Program-made: the position numbers and the translations under genes | From: Chthoniobacteraceae bacterium | GTDB taxonomy: Bacteria; Verrucomicrobiota; Verrucomicrobiia; Chthoniobacterales; Chthoniobacteraceae | Length of the DNA stretch: 10,943 nt | Reading direction: 5' to 3' | Assembly (NCBI GenBank): GCA_040081625.1 | Contig: JBEBGD010000146.1 | Coordinates: 1-10,943 of the forward strand | Shown here: positions 8,349 through 10,943 of the stretch, one piece after another | How positions within the stretch are numbered: position 1 is the stretch's first letter | How the letters are laid out: each line of letters starts with the position of its first letter | The notes under the pieces: generated by a model | Told to the model about the DNA's origin: nothing | Database searches by the model: none | The model's input: only the letters and a program-made list of their open reading frames with translations

Positions 8349-9578
8349 TTGAACCTCCCCCGCTCCGCGTCGTGGAAATGGTGGATCACCGGCCTGCTGC
8401 TGCTGGCCACGATGATCAACTACATGGACCGCGTGACGCTCGCGAGCGCGTCGGTGAGGGTGACGCGCGAGATGGTGCTCAGCGAGGCGCAGTATGGAAA
8501 TCTGGAGCTCGCTTTCGGTTGGGCCTTCGCCGGCGGGTCGCTCGTGTTCGGCTTCCTCGCGGATCGGTTCCGCATTTACCTGCTCTATCCCGCGGTGCTC
8601 GCGGCATGGTCGCTCATGGGCATGGCGACGGGGTGGACGCACGACTTCACCGGGCTGCTCGTGTGCCGCACGCTGCTCGGGTTCTTCGAGGCGGGCCACT
8701 GGCCGTGTGCGCTGAAGACGACCTTCGCGCTGCTCGACGAGCGGGACCGCACGATGGGAAACAGCGTGCTGCAAAGCGGCGCGTCGCTCGGCGCGGTGAT
8801 CACGCCGCAGATCATGAAGATGCTCGTGACGGAGCAGCCCGGCTCGTGGCGCACGGCGTTCATCGCGGTCGGCGCGGTGGGGTTGCTGTGGGTGCTGCTG
8901 TGGTTCGCTTTCCTGCGCCCGCGCGATCTCGATGTGAAGCCGGCGGCGGCTTCCGCGATCGTGCCGCCGGCGCTGTGGAGCATCCTGTGCAGCGCGCGGT
9001 TCTGGGCGGTGGCGATGGTCATCACCGGCGCGCAGACCGTGTGGCACATCTATCGCGTGTGGCTGATGAAGTTCCTGCAGACCGGACGTGGCTTCGAGGA
9101 GAAGGTCGCGCTGGATTTCAACTCGCTCTACTTCATCGCCACCGATGTCGGCTGCATCGGCGGCGGGCTGCTCTCGCTGTGGCTGATCCGGCGGCGCGGC
9201 ACGTCGCCACACGATGCGCGGCGCATGGTGTATGCGGGCGCGTGCGTGCTCACTTCGCTGAGTGTGCTCATCCCATGGCTCGGCCGCGGATGGCCGCTGC
9301 TCGGCACGCTGCTGCTCATCGGCGCCGGGGCTCTGGCGTTGTTTCCCTGCTACTACAGCTTCGTTCAGGAGATTTCCGCCACGCACGTCGGGCGCCTCAC
9401 TGGACTGCTCAGCATGTGGGTGTGGGCCGTGACTTCGCCGCTGCACAGCTTCTTCGGGATGCTGGTGGACCGCACCAAGAGCTACGATCTCGGCCTCGTT
9501 ATCGCGGGCCTCGCGCCGTGGATCGGCGTGTTCGCCATGCGGCTGCTCTGGCGCAAGACTGGGCTTACCCCGGCTTGA
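8349..9578 (+). CDS. MFS transporter, ACS/ExuT (hexuronate/sugar-acid)-like
   Basis: TTG start. INYMDR motif typical of the ACS family, GFLADRF (motif A), R.LLGFFEAGHWP, and about 12 hydrophobic segments. The last codons overlap an IS3-like terminal repeat. Confidence 0.9.
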   Translation: MNLPRSASWKWWITGLLLLATMINYMDRVTLASASVRVTREMVLSEAQYGNLELAFGWAFAGGSLVFGFLADRFRIYLLYPAVLAAWSLMGMATGWTHDFTGLLVCRTLLGFFEAGHWPCALKTTFALLDERDRTMGNSVLQSGASLGAVITPQIMKMLVTEQPGSWRTAFIAVGAVGLLWVLLWFAFLRPRDLDVKPAAASAIVPPALWSILCSARFWAVAMVITGAQTVWHIYRVWLMKFLQTGRGFEEKVALDFNSLYFIATDVGCIGGGLLSLWLIRRRGTSPHDARRMVYAGACVLTSLSVLIPWLGRGWPLLGTLLLIGAGALALFPCYYSFVQEISATHVGRLTGLLSMWVWAVTSPLHSFFGMLVDRTKSYDLGLVIAGLAPWIGVFAMRLLWRKTGLTPA

Positions 9579-9585
9579 TGGACAC
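9560..9585 (+). repeat. IS3-family left inverted repeat (IRL)
   Basis: TGGGCTTACCCCGGCTTGATGGACAC matches the reverse complement of 10255-10279 at 18/26 positions with one gap. It also resembles the E. coli IS3 end as I recall it (TGATCTTACCCAGCAATAGTGGACAC). Confidence 0.8.
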
Positions 9586-9608
9586 CTTGGTGGCGGGGGT
9601 GGGATAAT
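9579..9608 (+). promoter_or_regulatory. Putative IS-internal transposase promoter (pIRL)
   Basis: TGGACA (9579-9584, inside the IRL), an 18-nt spacer, then GATAAT (9603-9608), 8 nt before the ATG at 9617. This is the usual arrangement in IS3-family elements. Confidence 0.45.
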
Positions 9609-9616
9609 TTCACACC

Positions 9617-9837
9617 ATGAACAAGCCCGCCGGCGAGAAGCTCGAACAAGGACGGCGGTGAAGGCGCCGCCGAGCAAACGTTCCGACGAAGCGTTCAAAA
9701 GGCAGGCGGTGGAAACCTGGCTGCAATGCCGCAAGCTCGGCACGCAGATCGTGCGGGATCTGGGCGTGGTCACCTACAAACGCGAATGCGTCGCGCCGGT
9801 CGAGGAAGCCGGCGGCCACGCCATCCGCGCCCATTGA
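9617..9837 (+). pseudogene. IS3-family transposase remnant: frameshifted OrfA HTH fused to an OrfB C-terminal piece
   Basis: The ATG 9617 frame stops at 9659-9661. The frame from 9658 reads ..KRSDEAFKRQAVETWLQCRKLGTQIVRDLGV (HTH_Tnp_1-like: RRY..EFKR.AV.......A..LGV) and then directly TYKRECV..EEAGGHAIRA (like the OrfB 'TLKRE...Y.TR' segment after the catalytic E). Confidence 0.75.
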
Positions 9838-10139
9838 GAGCTGTGTAATTTAGTGACATTGCGCGGAGTGGCTGTTGTCTTCGCGTGCGTGGCATCACGG
9901 CGTGGTTTCAGAGCAATTGAGCAGCGCCGGTTTCGCGCACTGATGCTGTTGGAAAAGGGCTTCCCCAAGCGGAGGTCGCCCGGCGCACCAAGGTCAGCCG
10001 GCAGTCGGTCCTTCGCTGGAACCAGCAGCGACTCGAAGGCGATAAAGGCGCTCCGCGCGCCGCAGGGCAGGCCGGGCGCAAACCCCAACTGGTGCCAGCC
10101 CAAGAGCAGCCCTTGGTGAAGATCCTGGCGACTGGCCCC
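9834..10139 (+). mobile_element. IS630-family element, left-end fragment with frameshifted transposase N-terminus
   Basis: 9889-9966 encodes VASRRGFRAIEQRRFRALMLLEKGFP. After a -1 shift in the C-run at 9963-9966 it reads QAEVARRTKVSRQSVLRW..EG..APRAAGQAGRKPQL..QEQPLVKILATGP, a typical IS630 HTH + GRKP.L linker. The AT-rich TTGAGAGCTGTGTAATTTAGTGAC at 9834-9857 is the probable terminal repeat. Confidence 0.78.
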
Positions 10140-10141
10140 GC

Positions 10142-10225
10142 GTGGAGGCACACTGCAACCGTGTGCGGCGCCACAGCACCCTCAAGCACCGATCCCCTGT
10201 GGGTATCAAGAGCCAACTCAACTGC
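10142..10225 (+). pseudogene. IS3-family OrfB extreme C-terminus remnant
   Basis: VEAHCNRVRRHSTLKHRSPVGIKSQLN matches the conserved IS3 tail 'IE.(F/Y)YN..RRHS.L.Y.SP..FE'. It lies about 30 nt before the right inverted repeat. Confidence 0.8.
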
Positions 10226-10254
10226 CCCAACGAACGCCACTCCGTGGCGGCAAG

Positions 10255-10279
10255 GCGTCCGTTAAACAGGGGCAACTCA
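10255..10279 (-). repeat. IS3-family right inverted repeat (IRR)
   Basis: GCGTCCGTTAAACAGGGGCAACTCA, whose reverse complement TGAGTTGCCCCTGTTTAACGGACGC pairs with the IRL. Ends in the canonical CA. Confidence 0.8.
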
Positions 10280-10357
10280 ACTACTCGATCGGCGCTTTTC
10301 GGGCCGTTAGAACTCGCAAACTTAGAGGCTCGGAAGTTGTGGCGAATCAGCGGCAGT

Positions 10358-10414
10358 CAAAAAGTTCAAAAAACCCGTTGACGCATTCGGTCGCAGGCCT
10401 AAAGTAGCCGTCCC
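10358..10414 (+). promoter_or_regulatory. Sigma70-type rRNA operon promoter with UP element
   Basis: A-tracts CAAAAAGTTCAAAAAA upstream, -35 TTGACG (10378-10383), 16-nt spacer typical of rrn promoters, -10 TAAAGT (10400-10405) and GC-rich discriminator AGCCGTCCC. Lies about 150 nt upstream of the 16S gene. Confidence 0.8.
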
Positions 10415-10524
10415 GTTCGATGCGGGGAACCTGTTCTGACTGAAAGCGCAATCTGGCCCGCGCCAAATCGGTGCTATTCGGAAAGCGTTGAAATGCGAAC
10501 GTCGCGAATACTGATTGTATAGCA

Positions 10525-10547
10525 GGCAAAAGATGATTGCTTTTGCC
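10525..10547 (+). other. Stem-loop in the pre-16S leader
   Basis: Perfect 8-bp stem GGCAAAAG / CTTTTGCC with a 7-nt loop, ending about 10 nt before the mature 16S 5' end. Confidence 0.55.
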
Positions 10548-10556
10548 AAATATATT

Positions 10557-10943
<387 letters not shown>

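Larger units (their letters stand above)
9560..10279 (+). mobile_element. Degenerate, internally deleted IS3-family insertion sequence carrying a nested IS630-family fragment
   Basis: Termini 5'-TG...CA-3' with imperfect inverted repeats. Contains OrfA HTH-like and OrfB C-terminal remnants but lacks the DDE core. No clean 3-4 bp target duplication is visible. Confidence 0.82.

Noticed and set aside
7136..9773. 823-aa + strand ORF (7136-9607) and 765-aa minus-strand ORF (7476-9773)
   Set aside because: Off-frame or antisense overlaps of the FGE-like, SDR and MFS genes. Arg/Ala/Gly-rich composition with no recognisable domain.
9555..10284. Target-site duplication flanking the IS3 remnant
   Set aside because: Left flank ...AAGAC and right flank ACTAC share only AC, not the 3-4 bp duplication expected for IS3.
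9853..10381. ORFs 9853-10119 and 10142-10381 as intact small genes
   Set aside because: They are out-of-frame or read-through extensions of IS630 and IS3 transposase fragments, and the second runs into the rRNA promoter.
10430..10550. BoxA antiterminator candidates (TGTTCTGAC, TGCTATTCG, TGCTTTTGCCA)
   Set aside because: Each only partly matches TGCTCTTTAACA, so I cannot pick one with confidence.

Overview
GC-rich bacterial DNA, most likely from Verrucomicrobiota. The 16S fragment carries the EUB338-III signature and looks Chthoniobacter/Spartobacteria-like. All real features lie on the + strand. From 1 to 9578 there is a run of eight genes: a partial beta-propeller protein, a planctomycete-type cytochrome c/DUF1549/DUF1553 protein, a DUF1501 protein, a signal-peptide-bearing Gfo/Idh/MocA oxidoreductase, a creatininase-family amidohydrolase, an FGE/SUMF1-fold protein lacking the catalytic cysteine pair, an SDR resembling 2-keto-3-deoxy-L-rhamnonate 4-dehydrogenase (LRA5), and an ACS/ExuT-like MFS transporter. 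From 9560 to 10279 lies a nested, decayed mobile element that the ORF track does not reveal. It is an internally deleted IS3-family element with both terminal inverted repeats, interrupted by the left end of an IS630-family element, and its left repeat supplies the last codons and stop of the MFS gene. An rRNA promoter (about 10358-10414), leader and the 5' ~390 nt of a 16S rRNA gene follow. Family assignments come from motif recognition and recalled sequences; no database searches were run.
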